Source of the DNA: a bacterium
GTDB lineage: Bacteria > Zhuqueibacterota > Zhuqueibacteria > Oceanimicrobiales > Oceanimicrobiaceae
Length of the DNA: 64,000 nucleotides
Direction of reading: 5' to 3'
Assembly: GCA_046757525.1 (NCBI GenBank)
Contig: JBHHYI010000002.1
Span: forward strand, 1-64,000
Notes under the pieces: generated by a model
The model's database searches: none
Told to the model about the DNA's origin: nothing
Seen by the model: the letters and a program-made list of their open reading frames with translations, nothing else
Translations under genes and position numbers: made by a program
In this document: positions 8,730 to 18,193 of the stretch, one piece after another
Position numbering within the stretch: position 1 is the first letter of the stretch
Layout: each line of letters opens with the position of its first letter

Positions 8730-8785
8730 GGTTGGCTCCTTTTATATGTTGTTCTTCACATTTTACCATGGACTCACATAGCATT

Positions 8786-11443
8786 CTACCGTTTGAACCG
8801 TTTCAGCCGCAGGGAATTGCTGACCACAGAGACAGAGCTTGCGGCCATGGCCACGGCGGCAAAGACCGGATTAAGCAGAATCCCGAAGAACGGGTACAGC
8901 ACGCCTGCCGCCACCGGAATAAAGGCACTGTTGTAGAAGAACGCCCAGAAGAGGTTCTCTTTAATGATGCGCATGGTCCTCTTAGACAACTGGATGGCCG
9001 TCACCACCGCCCGCAAGTCGTCCGAAATCAGAGTGATATCCGAAGCCTCCATGGCCACATCGGTGCCTGTGCCGATAGCAATGCCGATGTCCGCTTGCGC
9101 CAGGGCCGGCGCATCGTTGATGCCGTCGCCGACCATGGCCACCACCTGGCCTTCGTCCTGCAGCTTTTTCACTTCACGCGCTTTGTCCTCAGGCAGGACC
9201 TCAGCCAGCACCCGGTCGATGCCTACTTGCCGTGCAATCGCCTCGGCCGTCCGGCGATTGTCGCCGGTAATCATGGCTACCTCGATACCCAACCGATGCA
9301 GGGCCGCAACCGCTTTACTCGACTGCTCCTTCAGCGTGTCAGCAACCGCCACAATACCTGCGGCCTTACCATTCTCTGCCACGAACATAGGCGTCTTGCC
9401 TTGGTTAGACAACGCCTCAGCCTTTTCCAACAAGGTACGCAATTGCACCGCTCGTTTTTGCATTAATTTCTCATTTCCTAACAGAACCACGGTGCCATTC
9501 ACAGTGGCTTGGATACCATGACCTGTAATCGCATTGAACTCGGTCGGGTCGCTCATCTTGACGCCCAGAGCCTTCGCCTTATTCACGATGGCTTCTCCCA
9601 AAGGATGCTCCGAATACTTTTCCGCCGAAGCAGCCAGGCGCAAAACGGTATCTTCGTCGTAACCATTAAACGGCACAATATCCGTAACCTCTGGTTCTCC
9701 TTTGGTCAGGGTGCCGGTTTTGTCGAATACAATGGTATTCAGACGATGTGCGGTTTCAAGACTTTCGCCGCCTTTAATCAGAATGCCATTTTCAGCGCCT
9801 TTGCCGGTACCCACCATGATGGCCGTGGGCGTAGCCAACCCAAGGGCGCAAGGACAGGCGATAATCAGCACGGCAACAAAGTTTAGTAAAGCAAAGGTAA
9901 AGGCCGGCGTCGGCCCGAAAGCCCACCACACGACAAAGGTCGCCACGGCGATGCCAATGACAATCGGAACAAAGACGCCGCTTATTTTATCCGCCAGGCG
10001 CTGAATAGGCGCCTTGGAACCCTGCGCCTCTTCCACCAACTTGATAATCTGCGCCAGGGCGGTATCCTTGCCGATCTTGATGGCCTTGAATTTGAACGAT
10101 CCGGTTTTGTTGATGGTGGCGCCGATGACCTCGTCGCCAATGCTCTTCTCCACCGGCAGACTTTCTCCAGTCAGCATGGACTCATCCAGGGCCGACCGTC
10201 CTTCGACGATTTCTCCATCTACTGGAACCTTTTCACCGGGTCGCACCACCACAATCTCTCCAATTTCAACGTTTTCGACCGGAATATCGACCTCTTCCCC
10301 GTTTCTAACCACCCTGGCCGTCTTGGCCTGCAAGCCCATGAGCTTTTTGATGGCCTCGCTGGTATGCCCCTTGGCAATGGCTTCCAAATAGCGTCCGAGG
10401 AGAATCAAGGTGACGATGATCGCAGCGGTGTCAAAATAGACTTTGGGCTGACGACCTGCCGAGGTGAAAAATGCAGGAAATAGGATGGCCGCCAAACTGT
10501 AAAAATAGGCTGCGGAGGTACCCACGGCAATCAACGTGTTCATATCCGCGGTCTTGTGCTTTAACGCCGCCCAGAATCCGCGATAAAACTGCCAGCCGAC
10601 CCAGAACTGCACGGGTGTGGCTAAGATGAGCAGCACCCAATAATTAGAAAGCAAATCCGGCAGCCACGCGAACCATTCCTGGAAGCTACCCAGAAAAATG
10701 GGCAAGCTGAGCAGTGCTCCGACAATCAGTTTGGTGCGCAAGGTGCGGATTTCCTTTTCCCGCGCCATCTTCTCGCGGTCCACGGCTTCTTCTCCCTCTT
10801 CGATTTCAAGCACCTCATAGCCCGTGTCGTGCACCACCTTTTTCAAGTCCGAGACACGCACCTGTGCCGAAAGAAAAGTCACGGTCGCCTTCTCGCTGGC
10901 AAAGTTGACGCTGGCGGAAACGACTCCTGGCGTTTTCAGAAGCGCGTTTTCAATCTTCTGTACGCAACTGGCGCAGCTCATCCCTGAAATTGGCAGAACG
11001 ACTTTTTCGACCGCCGGCGTATAGCCGACGTCATTCACCGTGTCCACAACGTCTCGCGGCGAGACCCTGGCAGGGTCAAACACAACCGTGGCCTTTTCCG
11101 AACCGAAATTGACCGCGGCGTCGAGGACGCCGTCCACACCACGCAGCCCTTTCTCGATTTTTTCCACACAACTGGCGCAGCTCATGCCCTGAATAGGCAC
11201 AATCAGTTTTGCCTTGCCCTTCACACCCACCTCGTCCGTGGCGGTCCTGGCCGCTTCCGCAAGGTGCACCTCTCCCTCACCCACTGCACACACCGCGGTT
11301 GGATTCAGATATTTCTCAGGCTCTGCATCGAACTTTTTCTTGCACGCCTCTGCACAAAAATAAAACGTCGTACCATTGTGCTTGCTGGTCGCGGCCGCTT
11401 CCTTCTCATCCACAGTCATGCCGCAAACTGGATCTAATGACAT
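8786..11443 (-). CDS. copA: Cu(I)-translocating P1B-1 ATPase with YHS and two HMA domains
   Basis: DPVCGM, 2x GMSCASC, TGES, CPC, DKTGT, EHP, GDGIND, YN and MAASS motifs. Confidence 0.97.
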   Translation of the reverse strand: MSLDPVCGMTVDEKEAAATSKHNGTTFYFCAEACKKKFDAEPEKYLNPTAVCAVGEGEVHLAEAARTATDEVGVKGKAKLIVPIQGMSCASCVEKIEKGLRGVDGVLDAAVNFGSEKATVVFDPARVSPRDVVDTVNDVGYTPAVEKVVLPISGMSCASCVQKIENALLKTPGVVSASVNFASEKATVTFLSAQVRVSDLKKVVHDTGYEVLEIEEGEEAVDREKMAREKEIRTLRTKLIVGALLSLPIFLGSFQEWFAWLPDLLSNYWVLLILATPVQFWVGWQFYRGFWAALKHKTADMNTLIAVGTSAAYFYSLAAILFPAFFTSAGRQPKVYFDTAAIIVTLILLGRYLEAIAKGHTSEAIKKLMGLQAKTARVVRNGEEVDIPVENVEIGEIVVVRPGEKVPVDGEIVEGRSALDESMLTGESLPVEKSIGDEVIGATINKTGSFKFKAIKIGKDTALAQIIKLVEEAQGSKAPIQRLADKISGVFVPIVIGIAVATFVVWWAFGPTPAFTFALLNFVAVLIIACPCALGLATPTAIMVGTGKGAENGILIKGGESLETAHRLNTIVFDKTGTLTKGEPEVTDIVPFNGYDEDTVLRLAASAEKYSEHPLGEAIVNKAKALGVKMSDPTEFNAITGHGIQATVNGTVVLLGNEKLMQKRAVQLRTLLEKAEALSNQGKTPMFVAENGKAAGIVAVADTLKEQSSKAVAALHRLGIEVAMITGDNRRTAEAIARQVGIDRVLAEVLPEDKAREVKKLQDEGQVVAMVGDGINDAPALAQADIGIAIGTGTDVAMEASDITLISDDLRAVVTAIQLSKRTMRIIKENLFWAFFYNSAFIPVAAGVLYPFFGILLNPVFAAVAMAASSVSVVSNSLRLKRFKR

Positions 11444-11843
11444 TTGAGTACCTCCTTATCCATGATTCAAATGATTGCTCCTTGCTGGTTGGCCGTTCTT
11501 CTCGTCTATCTTGCCATCTCCGCACTTGAAGCGTTAACCCGTCTACACCGACCACCTCCGCGAACTCGTTTTTGCGCAAGGCATCAAAAGAGACAGCCTT
11601 CCAAATCTCACCGTGCACCTGAACACGTCCTTCTGGATTCAATGGCTTGAGCACCTTAGCTTTTGCACGCATGAGGCCCTCCTTGCCAGTTTGTACTGAG
11701 CGTCTCATCGCCCGCATGATTTCAAAATAAAACCAGGCAGACAGCAAGACTATCGCACCGTATACCGGGACTGCCGTCCAAACAGGCAAGAGCCAGAATA
11801 CAGCCAATCCAAAAATGGGCATCATTAAAATCAGATGACACAT
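11406..11843 (-). CDS. Short NfeD-like protein (2 TM + OB fold)
   Basis: [33 protein letters not shown] closely parallels the C-terminus of the NfeD at 54274; AAGGAG RBS. Confidence 0.85.
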   Translation of the reverse strand: MCHLILMMPIFGLAVFWLLPVWTAVPVYGAIVLLSAWFYFEIMRAMRRSVQTGKEGLMRAKAKVLKPLNPEGRVQVHGEIWKAVSFDALRKNEFAEVVGVDGLTLQVRRWQDRREERPTSKEQSFESWIRRYSNVIRSSLRHDCG

Positions 11844-11893
11844 CGTGCTTGTTTGTATCTCCTTCGTTTGATCGTCTCTTTACACTTTTGTTA

Positions 11894-11909
11894 GACAAGA
11901 AACATGCCA
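11894..11909 (-). promoter_or_regulatory. sigma54 promoter of the nfeD-copA-Rieske-cytb unit
   Basis: Minus strand TGGCATGTTTCTTGTC. Confidence 0.7.
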
Positions 11910-11986
11910 CATGCTTAGACAGTCTACTAACCATTTTTAAATTAGGGAGTTAGAATGTTTGATTCGGCAGGTTTTTAGGTGAAGAT

Positions 11987-12025
11987 TGAACAGTATTCTA
12001 CATTCTGAATGGTGAGTATTCAACA
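11987..12025. promoter_or_regulatory. Paired enhancer (UAS) sites
   Basis: TGAACAGTATTCTACA (11987-12002), TGGTGAGTATTCAACA (12010-12025). Confidence 0.75.
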
Positions 12026-12139
12026 GCTTTTGTAGTTGCAGCCGATCTATACTTATTACTCCTCCTGAATACGAGAAAAGGCTTTGAATCTACTGGACGA
12101 TTTCTTATATTAATATGGGTATTAACTAGGAGACTAATC

Positions 12140-12361
12140 ATGAAACGTATGAGCTTAAATGAGATTAGAAAGAAATATCCCGATGAGTGGGTACTTCTGG
12201 CAGGGCCCGAGACAGATGAATTTTTGAATATAAAAACCGCCGTCGTGATTGCACACAGCCCGCATCGTAGTGAAATATAGCTGAAACAACGAAATCTGGA
12301 AGGACATTACGCTATTGAGTACACCGGTGAAATTGCTAAAAGCAAGGTCTTCGTTTTATGA
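12140..12361 (+). pseudogene. Small DUF5678-like/antitoxin-like gene with in-frame TAG
   Basis: AGGAG RBS; MKRMSLNEIRKKYPDEWVLL..VIAHSPHRSEI*LKQR..IEYTGE..; TAG at 12278-12280. Confidence 0.75.
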
Positions 12362-12781
12362 GCCTCCATATTTCTTTTGACCCTCACGAGAACTTAATCT
12401 ATCTTCGAGCAAGGATTTTTGGGCCAACAGGTAGCCGCATTACGAAAATGGCACTTGACACAGGTGCTACGACCACGCTTGTGTCAGCCGATATTATCAA
12501 TGCTGGGGTATTCACCAGCTATCGGTGAAACGGTTCGGCTCATTATGGGAGGAAGCATACAGTATGCATCACAAGTAATAGTGCAAATGCTGGAAGCAGC
12601 AGATGAGCGAGTAGAAAACCTGCGGATAATCTGCCATGACCTTCCGGAAGAGAGTGGACTTGATGGTCTGTTGGGGTTGAATTTTCTGAGCCATTTCAAT
12701 ACCGAGATTAACTACAGCAATGGTACGCTCATTCTTAAGCCAATTCAAAATGCTCAGCCTTCCGGCATACTTCAGGCATAG
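12358..12781 (+). pseudogene. Frameshifted retroviral-like (clan AA) aspartyl protease
   Basis: Frame from ATG 12358 gives ..KMALDTGATTTLVS; DGLLGLNFLSHF continues in another frame after about 12490. Confidence 0.85.
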
Positions 12782-12816
12782 TCACAATTAATGCCTACTT
12801 GGTCACGTCGTGACAT

Positions 12817-12850
12817 AAAAAAGGCAGGCCCATCCTGAACCTGCCTTCTT
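12817..12850 (-). terminator. Intrinsic terminator after the SHOCT gene
   Basis: AAGGCAGG/CCTGCCTT stem followed by a T run on the minus strand. Confidence 0.8.
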
Positions 12851-12868
12851 AATCTTACACCCGCGAGG

Positions 12869-13072
12869 CTAATGCGTCAGCATCTTCTTGCGCTCTTCAA
12901 ACTCCTGTTTGTCAATCTCGCCGCGGGCGAACCGCTCGCGCAAGATATCCAACGCCGACTTACCTTTTTTCATGATCTTTCCTTTGGAATCGGTGTAATC
13001 GATAAATACCTTGACACCCCATACAATTAAGACAATGAGTGCTATCCAAAGAATCCAGATGCCAAACATCAT
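12869..13072 (-). CDS. SHOCT domain membrane protein
   Basis: TM then SALDILRERFARGEIDKQEFEERK; AAGGAGG RBS. Confidence 0.9.
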   Translation of the reverse strand: MMFGIWILWIALIVLIVWGVKVFIDYTDSKGKIMKKGKSALDILRERFARGEIDKQEFEERKKMLTH

Positions 13073-13129
13073 GACTATACACCTCCTTCAATTTGTTATA
13101 GCCTCGCAGGCCAGGCAAAGAGCCTTTTT

Positions 13130-13771
13130 CTACTCTGTTTTAGGGTGATGCTTCTCATGTTCACTGGTTCCAGAGTCACTTTTTGAACTGCTACCCATCA
13201 TGGGACAATCACCATTTTGACCCTGAGACATGGATCCCATTTGCATCATCCCACCACGCATGCCAGACATTTTCATCGATTTTGTCTTCTTCAACTGTTC
13301 TGGCGTGAGCACGGCACGAGCATCCAGTTGGGCCTTGAATTCGGTCAATCGAATGTCTGACCTCAGGTCCTCCACTCTTTTGGCCTTTGTTTCAAGGTCT
13401 GAGCGCTTGGCTTTCATACCTGTCATGAGTTCATTGAGCTCGAGATTCGCGATTTTCAGGTCTGCCTCTTTTCGAATGACCGCTTTCTGGGTTGTGGTCT
13501 TGATTTTTTGGAGCTGCTCAATCTGGGAGTCGTTTAGGCCCAGGGACTCTGCCTGATTTAAGAAAAATCCCTGCATGTGACCCGCGCCCATCATGGGACA
13601 CATCGAATCACCCATCTGGCACATCATCTTCTGCCCCATCATCTTGTGCATGCCCTGCCCCATCGGCATGCCTTGCATCCCCATTTTTTGTTGCGACATA
13701 CCTTGCGCCCACATGGGGCTGGCCAATGCAACAGCAATCATGGCCGTCAAGAAAAATTTGAGTGTTCTCAT
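13130..13771 (-). CDS. Spy/CpxP/ZraP-family Met-rich periplasmic protein
   Basis: Signal peptide, LGLNDSQ and VLTPEQ motifs, Met/Gly-rich arms, CPMMG x2, HEKHH tail. Confidence 0.88.
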   Translation of the reverse strand: MRTLKFFLTAMIAVALASPMWAQGMSQQKMGMQGMPMGQGMHKMMGQKMMCQMGDSMCPMMGAGHMQGFFLNQAESLGLNDSQIEQLQKIKTTTQKAVIRKEADLKIANLELNELMTGMKAKRSDLETKAKRVEDLRSDIRLTEFKAQLDARAVLTPEQLKKTKSMKMSGMRGGMMQMGSMSQGQNGDCPMMGSSSKSDSGTSEHEKHHPKTE

Positions 13772-13845
13772 GGTACTATCTCCTTTCTTGATTAGTTAGA
13801 TGAGAATCTCTTCTGAATTACAAAATTAAACTCGTTCCTTCCTTA

Positions 13846-13861
13846 CGCAACACTCATGCCA
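13846..13861 (-). promoter_or_regulatory. sigma54 promoter of the Spy-SHOCT unit
   Basis: Minus strand TGGCATGAGTGTTGCG, near-canonical. Confidence 0.85.
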
Positions 13862-13968
13862 GAAAGAAAGGTGCACCTGTTAGAAAAGTATCCGCTCTTT
13901 AACTCTGGTAAACTCAGACACTTTTATCCCTTTCAACATTAAAAGATGGTTTGCCGGGATGCTCCTTT

Positions 13969-14007
13969 TGCAGAATATTTGACAACGCCACTGATGAATA
14001 CTCTACA
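13969..14007. promoter_or_regulatory. Paired enhancer (UAS) sites
   Basis: TGCAGAATATTTGACA (13969-13984), TGATGAATACTCTACA (13992-14007). Confidence 0.75.
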
Positions 14008-14623
14008 GCCCGCACGGGACGAAGCATCCCAGATTGGCACCTACGACTGGCCAGAAGTTTCAAACGCACCGACGTCAGGGCGCGGCAAGAGTTTGACAAT
14101 GGGAGTTGTCGAAGCTCTTATGAAAAGTGCCACGAGTCAGCTTGAGCGAAACCTTGAGGTATGGGGACTACGTTTTCTCAGGCATCCGTCAGCAGCCGGA
14201 CTGATCCGTCAAGCGCCGGACTAATGAGCCAGGACTCAATTGGTTGACACTGTCCTTGCTTCAGGGGAGAGTCGGCTTTGGCGTGGGCCAGCCACGCTTG
14301 CGCCTGTGGACCGTGCAAAGGCTAAAACAAGGCTTCAGCACTCCAGGGAGGCGGCTCGGCAGGCAAAACGAAGATGGGAAAAAGAAGGCGAGAGAACCCC
14401 GTCGTTGGCATAGCCTCCCGAAAGACATCTTCATACCAGGCACGGAGTACGCCGTCACGGGGTCTTGAAGTCTAAGATTCAGCGACTGCACGCTGAGATG
14501 TCCCGATGAAAGAGGGGTGTAGGGTTGCGGCACGAAGAAGCAGAACTCAGGCGGCATCTCTAAAGGTCATTTCGACGACTGGCAGCGGAGGAGAAATCTT
14601 GTTTGGTAAGCGACGGATTCAGC

Positions 14624-15058
14624 TCAGAGATTCTGTGGCCCAAACACGGCCTCAAATTGCTGCGGTGTTTTGACCATCCTTCTTTTTTCGAAGTCGAAGA
14701 AGACCACGCCTGTCTTGGCTCGAGCAACTTCTCTGCCGCTGGCTTTGCTGGAAATCTTGAAAAAAAAGTCACAACCGTTGCGGTTGATTCCGTCGACTGC
14801 AACCTCGAATGTGAGGACTTCGCTGAGGAAGACTTCGCATTTGTACACAACCACGGCATCGACCACAACCAGACCCACGCCCTCAATGTTCAATTCAGAA
14901 AAACCGAATTGCTGTAAAAACCGCATTCTGGCTTCGTGAATGAGAGACAAGAACTTGTCGTTGCCGAGGTGGCCACCGTAATTGAGATCGGTGACCCGAA
15001 CTCTCATTTCCGTGGAAAACTGAAATTTGTCGGGTAGATTTATTTTGACGCGCGCCAT
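14624..15058 (-). CDS. Hotdog-fold thioesterase (4HBT/YbgC-like)
   Basis: RVRVTDLNYGGHLGND..EAR motif. Confidence 0.92.
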   Translation of the reverse strand: MARVKINLPDKFQFSTEMRVRVTDLNYGGHLGNDKFLSLIHEARMRFLQQFGFSELNIEGVGLVVVDAVVVYKCEVFLSEVLTFEVAVDGINRNGCDFFFKISSKASGREVARAKTGVVFFDFEKRRMVKTPQQFEAVFGPQNL

Positions 15059-15204
15059 GATTTTATCGAGTAGCCGAATAGGTGATTTGCTTCAAACATC
15101 CCATAAAAAGCGTTGCACGACCAGGTTGAAAAACTTACGGATTCCGGAACAAATAGGCAACCATTTTTTGGTTTCAGGAGGCTACGATTGGGGACACAAG
15201 AAAG

Positions 15205-15233
15205 TTGACCTTTTTGCAATTTAATCTTATATT
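15205..15233 (+). promoter_or_regulatory. sigma70-type promoter
   Basis: TTGACC-N17-TATATT upstream of 15284. Confidence 0.6.
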
Positions 15234-15283
15234 CGCATTGCACTCAATTCAATGGCCTTGACAAACAAAAAAGGTGGCAAGTC

Positions 15284-17398
15284 ATGAACCACTCGCTGGA
15301 TGCGATTTTTAGACCCAAATCTGTGGCTGTGGTTGGGGCTTCAACGCAGAGAGGAGTCCTGGGCAGGGAAATTTTCGACAAGCTCTTAGGTAGCGATTTT
15401 AATGGCCCGGTCTACCCGGTTAATCCCAAAGCCCAATACATTCACGCTGTCAAGGCCTATCCCAGAATTTCTGCCATTCCCGATCAGGTTGATTTGGCGG
15501 TGTTGGTGGTTCGTAAGGAGTTTGTGTTGGACATCATTCGCGAGTGCGCGGACTGCGGGGTGAAAGGGGTGATCGTCCTGACGGCCGGATTCAAGGAGAC
15601 CGGGGCCAGAGGGGCGCAAGTGGAGCGGCAAATGGTGGAGATTTTGCAGGCACACCGCATGCGCATGGTGGGTCCCAACTGCATGGGGGTCATCAATACA
15701 GAATCCGAAGTGAGGTTGGATGCCACCTTTGCACCGGTTGTGCCCGAACCCGGGAATGTTGGCATCGTCTCGCAGAGCGGAGCGCTGGGGCAGACCATTC
15801 TCGAGCACGCCCAGAACTTGAACCTGGGCGTCGCCATGTTCGCCTCGGTGGGTAACAAAGCCGATGTTTCTGGCAACGACCTTTTGGAGTACTGGCGCGA
15901 CAATCCGCACGTGGAAGTGATTCTTATGTACTTGGAGAGCTTCGGCAATCCCAAGAAGTTCGTGCAGTTGGCCAAACAGGTGAGCAAGAAAAAGCCCATC
16001 ATCATCGTGAAGTCGGGTAGGACCGTCTCCGGGGCGCGGGCAGCCACCTCCCACACCGGTGCTCTGGCCGGCATGGACGTGGCCTACGACGCTTTGTTTA
16101 AGCAGAGCGGTGTCATCCGCGCTGACACCATCGAAGAGATGTTCGACTTTGCGCTGGGCATGGCCAATCTTCCGAGGCCAAAAGGAAACCGGGTGGCCAT
16201 TATTACCAACGCTGGCGGTCCGGCCATCATGGCGGCTGATGCTTGTGAGAGCCTGGGGCTGGAAGTAGCCAAATTGCGCAACGAAACCAAGGCCAGGCTG
16301 CGAGAAAAATTGGTGCCGGAAGCCAGTGTGCAGAATCCCATCGACCTACTGGCCGGCGGCGGTCCGGACGAGTTCCAATTTGCGCTGGATGAAGTGCTTC
16401 GGGACAAAAATGTGGACGCCGCCATCGTCATTTTCGTGGCGCCGATCATCACCGATCCAACGCAGGTGGCTCTGAAAATTTCCCAGGTGGCTGCGAAATT
16501 CGAAAAACCCGTGCTCGGCTGCTTCATGGGGGTTAAAGGCGTGGCCACAGGGGTCGAGGAGCTGCATCGCCGTAGGATCCCGGCCTATGCCTATCCCGAA
16601 TCCGCCGCTCGAACATTAGCAGCCATGGTGAAGTACAGTGAATGGCTGAAGAAGAAGACCGGTACAGTCCCGGAGTTTGACGTTGACAAAGAAACCGTTG
16701 CAGCTATTTTGGCGCAGGCCATCAGGGAAAATCGTGAAGACCTGAACTTCAGAGAAATCACAAGAATCCTTCGGTGTTATCACATCCCCTTTGTTCAGTC
16801 CAGAGTCTGCAAAAATGTGGCGGAGATTTTGACGGCTGCCAGAGAGATGGCGTGGCCTCTGGTCTTGAAGTTGAGTTCCGAAGAAATCATTCACAAAACG
16901 GAAGTCGGAGGCGTGAAAGTGGATTTGCGCAGTGAACAGGAATTACAGAACGCCTACCGGCAAATGTTCGCAGCGCTTGAACAGAGGAACATCCCCATGC
17001 AGTCGGTTTCGTTTGTGGTGCAAGAGATGTTAGCGGCTGGACGGGAGACCATCGTGGGTTTCCACAGTGTGAAGAATTTTGGCTCGCTGGTGATGTTTGG
17101 TCTGGGCGGCATCTACGTGGAAGTGATGAACGATGTTGCCTTCAGAATTGCGCCGCTTACCGACCTGGACGCGGCAAGAATGATTCGGGAAATCAAGGGA
17201 CGGCCGATCTTAGAAGGCATTCGCGGAGAAGCGCCCGTGCACCTTGGCATCATCGAAGAGACGCTGCTGCGACTTTCGCAACTGACCCTGGACTTCCCAC
17301 AGATCGTGGAAATGGACATCAATCCCTTCCTGGTCTTCCCTGAGAAAGCCAAATGCAGAGGCGTCGACGCCAGAATGCGCATCGCTAAAAACGATTGA
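15284..17398 (+). CDS. Acetate/acyl-CoA ligase (ADP-forming), fused alpha-beta
   Basis: PKSVAVVGAS, GPNCMG, SQSGA, SHTGAL phospho-His, TNAGG, NPIDL, ATP-grasp HKTEVGGV..EMDINP. Confidence 0.93.
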   Translation: MNHSLDAIFRPKSVAVVGASTQRGVLGREIFDKLLGSDFNGPVYPVNPKAQYIHAVKAYPRISAIPDQVDLAVLVVRKEFVLDIIRECADCGVKGVIVLTAGFKETGARGAQVERQMVEILQAHRMRMVGPNCMGVINTESEVRLDATFAPVVPEPGNVGIVSQSGALGQTILEHAQNLNLGVAMFASVGNKADVSGNDLLEYWRDNPHVEVILMYLESFGNPKKFVQLAKQVSKKKPIIIVKSGRTVSGARAATSHTGALAGMDVAYDALFKQSGVIRADTIEEMFDFALGMANLPRPKGNRVAIITNAGGPAIMAADACESLGLEVAKLRNETKARLREKLVPEASVQNPIDLLAGGGPDEFQFALDEVLRDKNVDAAIVIFVAPIITDPTQVALKISQVAAKFEKPVLGCFMGVKGVATGVEELHRRRIPAYAYPESAARTLAAMVKYSEWLKKKTGTVPEFDVDKETVAAILAQAIRENREDLNFREITRILRCYHIPFVQSRVCKNVAEILTAAREMAWPLVLKLSSEEIIHKTEVGGVKVDLRSEQELQNAYRQMFAALEQRNIPMQSVSFVVQEMLAAGRETIVGFHSVKNFGSLVMFGLGGIYVEVMNDVAFRIAPLTDLDAARMIREIKGRPILEGIRGEAPVHLGIIEETLLRLSQLTLDFPQIVEMDINPFLVFPEKAKCRGVDARMRIAKND

Positions 17399-17461
17399 TA
17401 TTTGCTGTGTCCAACTTAGTAGAGAAGCTCTGATAAAAAAAACACCACCACCTTGGTTGCT

Positions 17462-17489
17462 GGTAACTTTGGTCTCGTTGCGCTCGTTT
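17462..17489 (+). promoter_or_regulatory. Putative autoregulatory ECF promoter
   Basis: GGTAAC-N17-CGTT, the AAC/CGT pattern of ECF promoters, about 110 bp before the ECF gene. Confidence 0.55.
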
Positions 17490-17599
17490 AGTTAGAAGGC
17501 TCGTGTAAACACTTCAGAGCAAGAAAAATGGAATAAAAAATTTATCATGGAGTATTACCGGTAGAGGAAAGGATCTAACGTTAGCTGCGCCGTGCACTG

Positions 17600-18193
17600 A
17601 TGGAATCGCGTGAAGAAAAACAAGTATTGAAGTACATCAAAAAAGCCCTTGCAGGTGAGTCGAAAGCCTTTGAGTGGATCGTCCGTGCGTATCAAAAACG
17701 CATCTATTACGCCGTTCTGCAAATGGTCATGAATCATGAAGACGCCAACGATATCATCCAGGATACGTTTGTCAAAGCGTTTACCAAGCTGGACACCTAC
17801 AATAAGGAATACCCCTTTTACCCATGGTTGTATCGCATTGCGATTAACACGACGCTCAATCATCAGAAACAGAAGAAGCGCAATCAGTTGTTGTCTCTGG
17901 ACGATTCCAATGGCAATCACCAGGGGGAGCTGGCCATGGAGGCCGAGCAGGTTAACGAAATGGAGAAGAATGAGCTGATCGTAGAGGTCAGGCGAGCGTT
18001 GCGGCAAATTCCTGCTGAACAACGCATTGTCTTCATGTTGCGGGTCAAAGATGAATTGAGTTACCAGGAAATCAGTGAGTATCTGGAGATTTCCATGGGT
18101 ACGGTCATGTCGAGATTATCTCGTGCCCGCGAAAAGCTGCGGGCGCTGCTAAGCAACTATTTAGAGAAGAAGGATGTTGAGGTTAACCGATGA
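17600..18193 (+). CDS. ECF RNA polymerase sigma factor
   Basis: DANDIIQDTF, FYPWLYRIAIN, LSYQEIS..GTVMSRLSRAR. Confidence 0.95.
   Translation: MESREEKQVLKYIKKALAGESKAFEWIVRAYQKRIYYAVLQMVMNHEDANDIIQDTFVKAFTKLDTYNKEYPFYPWLYRIAINTTLNHQKQKKRNQLLSLDDSNGNHQGELAMEAEQVNEMEKNELIVEVRRALRQIPAEQRIVFMLRVKDELSYQEISEYLEISMGTVMSRLSRAREKLRALLSNYLEKKDVEVNR

Noticed and set aside
8567..10391. Long plus-strand ORFs opposite copA (similar ones oppose uvrC, cusA, the regulator, prkA and nuoM)
   Set aside because: Typical antisense shadows of real genes; no RBS or motifs
12278..12280. In-frame TAG as pyrrolysine or recoding
   Set aside because: TAG ends many genes in the window and the coupled partner gene is also broken; decay is simpler
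12419..12781. 120-aa track ORF as a complete gene
   Set aside because: It lacks the DTG motif, which is in another frame; it is the 3' part of a frameshifted gene
13914..14557. Several short ORFs; also HEARO/omega-RNA or hammerhead (CTACGTT, CTGATGA words)
   Set aside because: No protein motifs; the remaining conserved RNA elements are absent, and the CTGATGA overlaps an enhancer site
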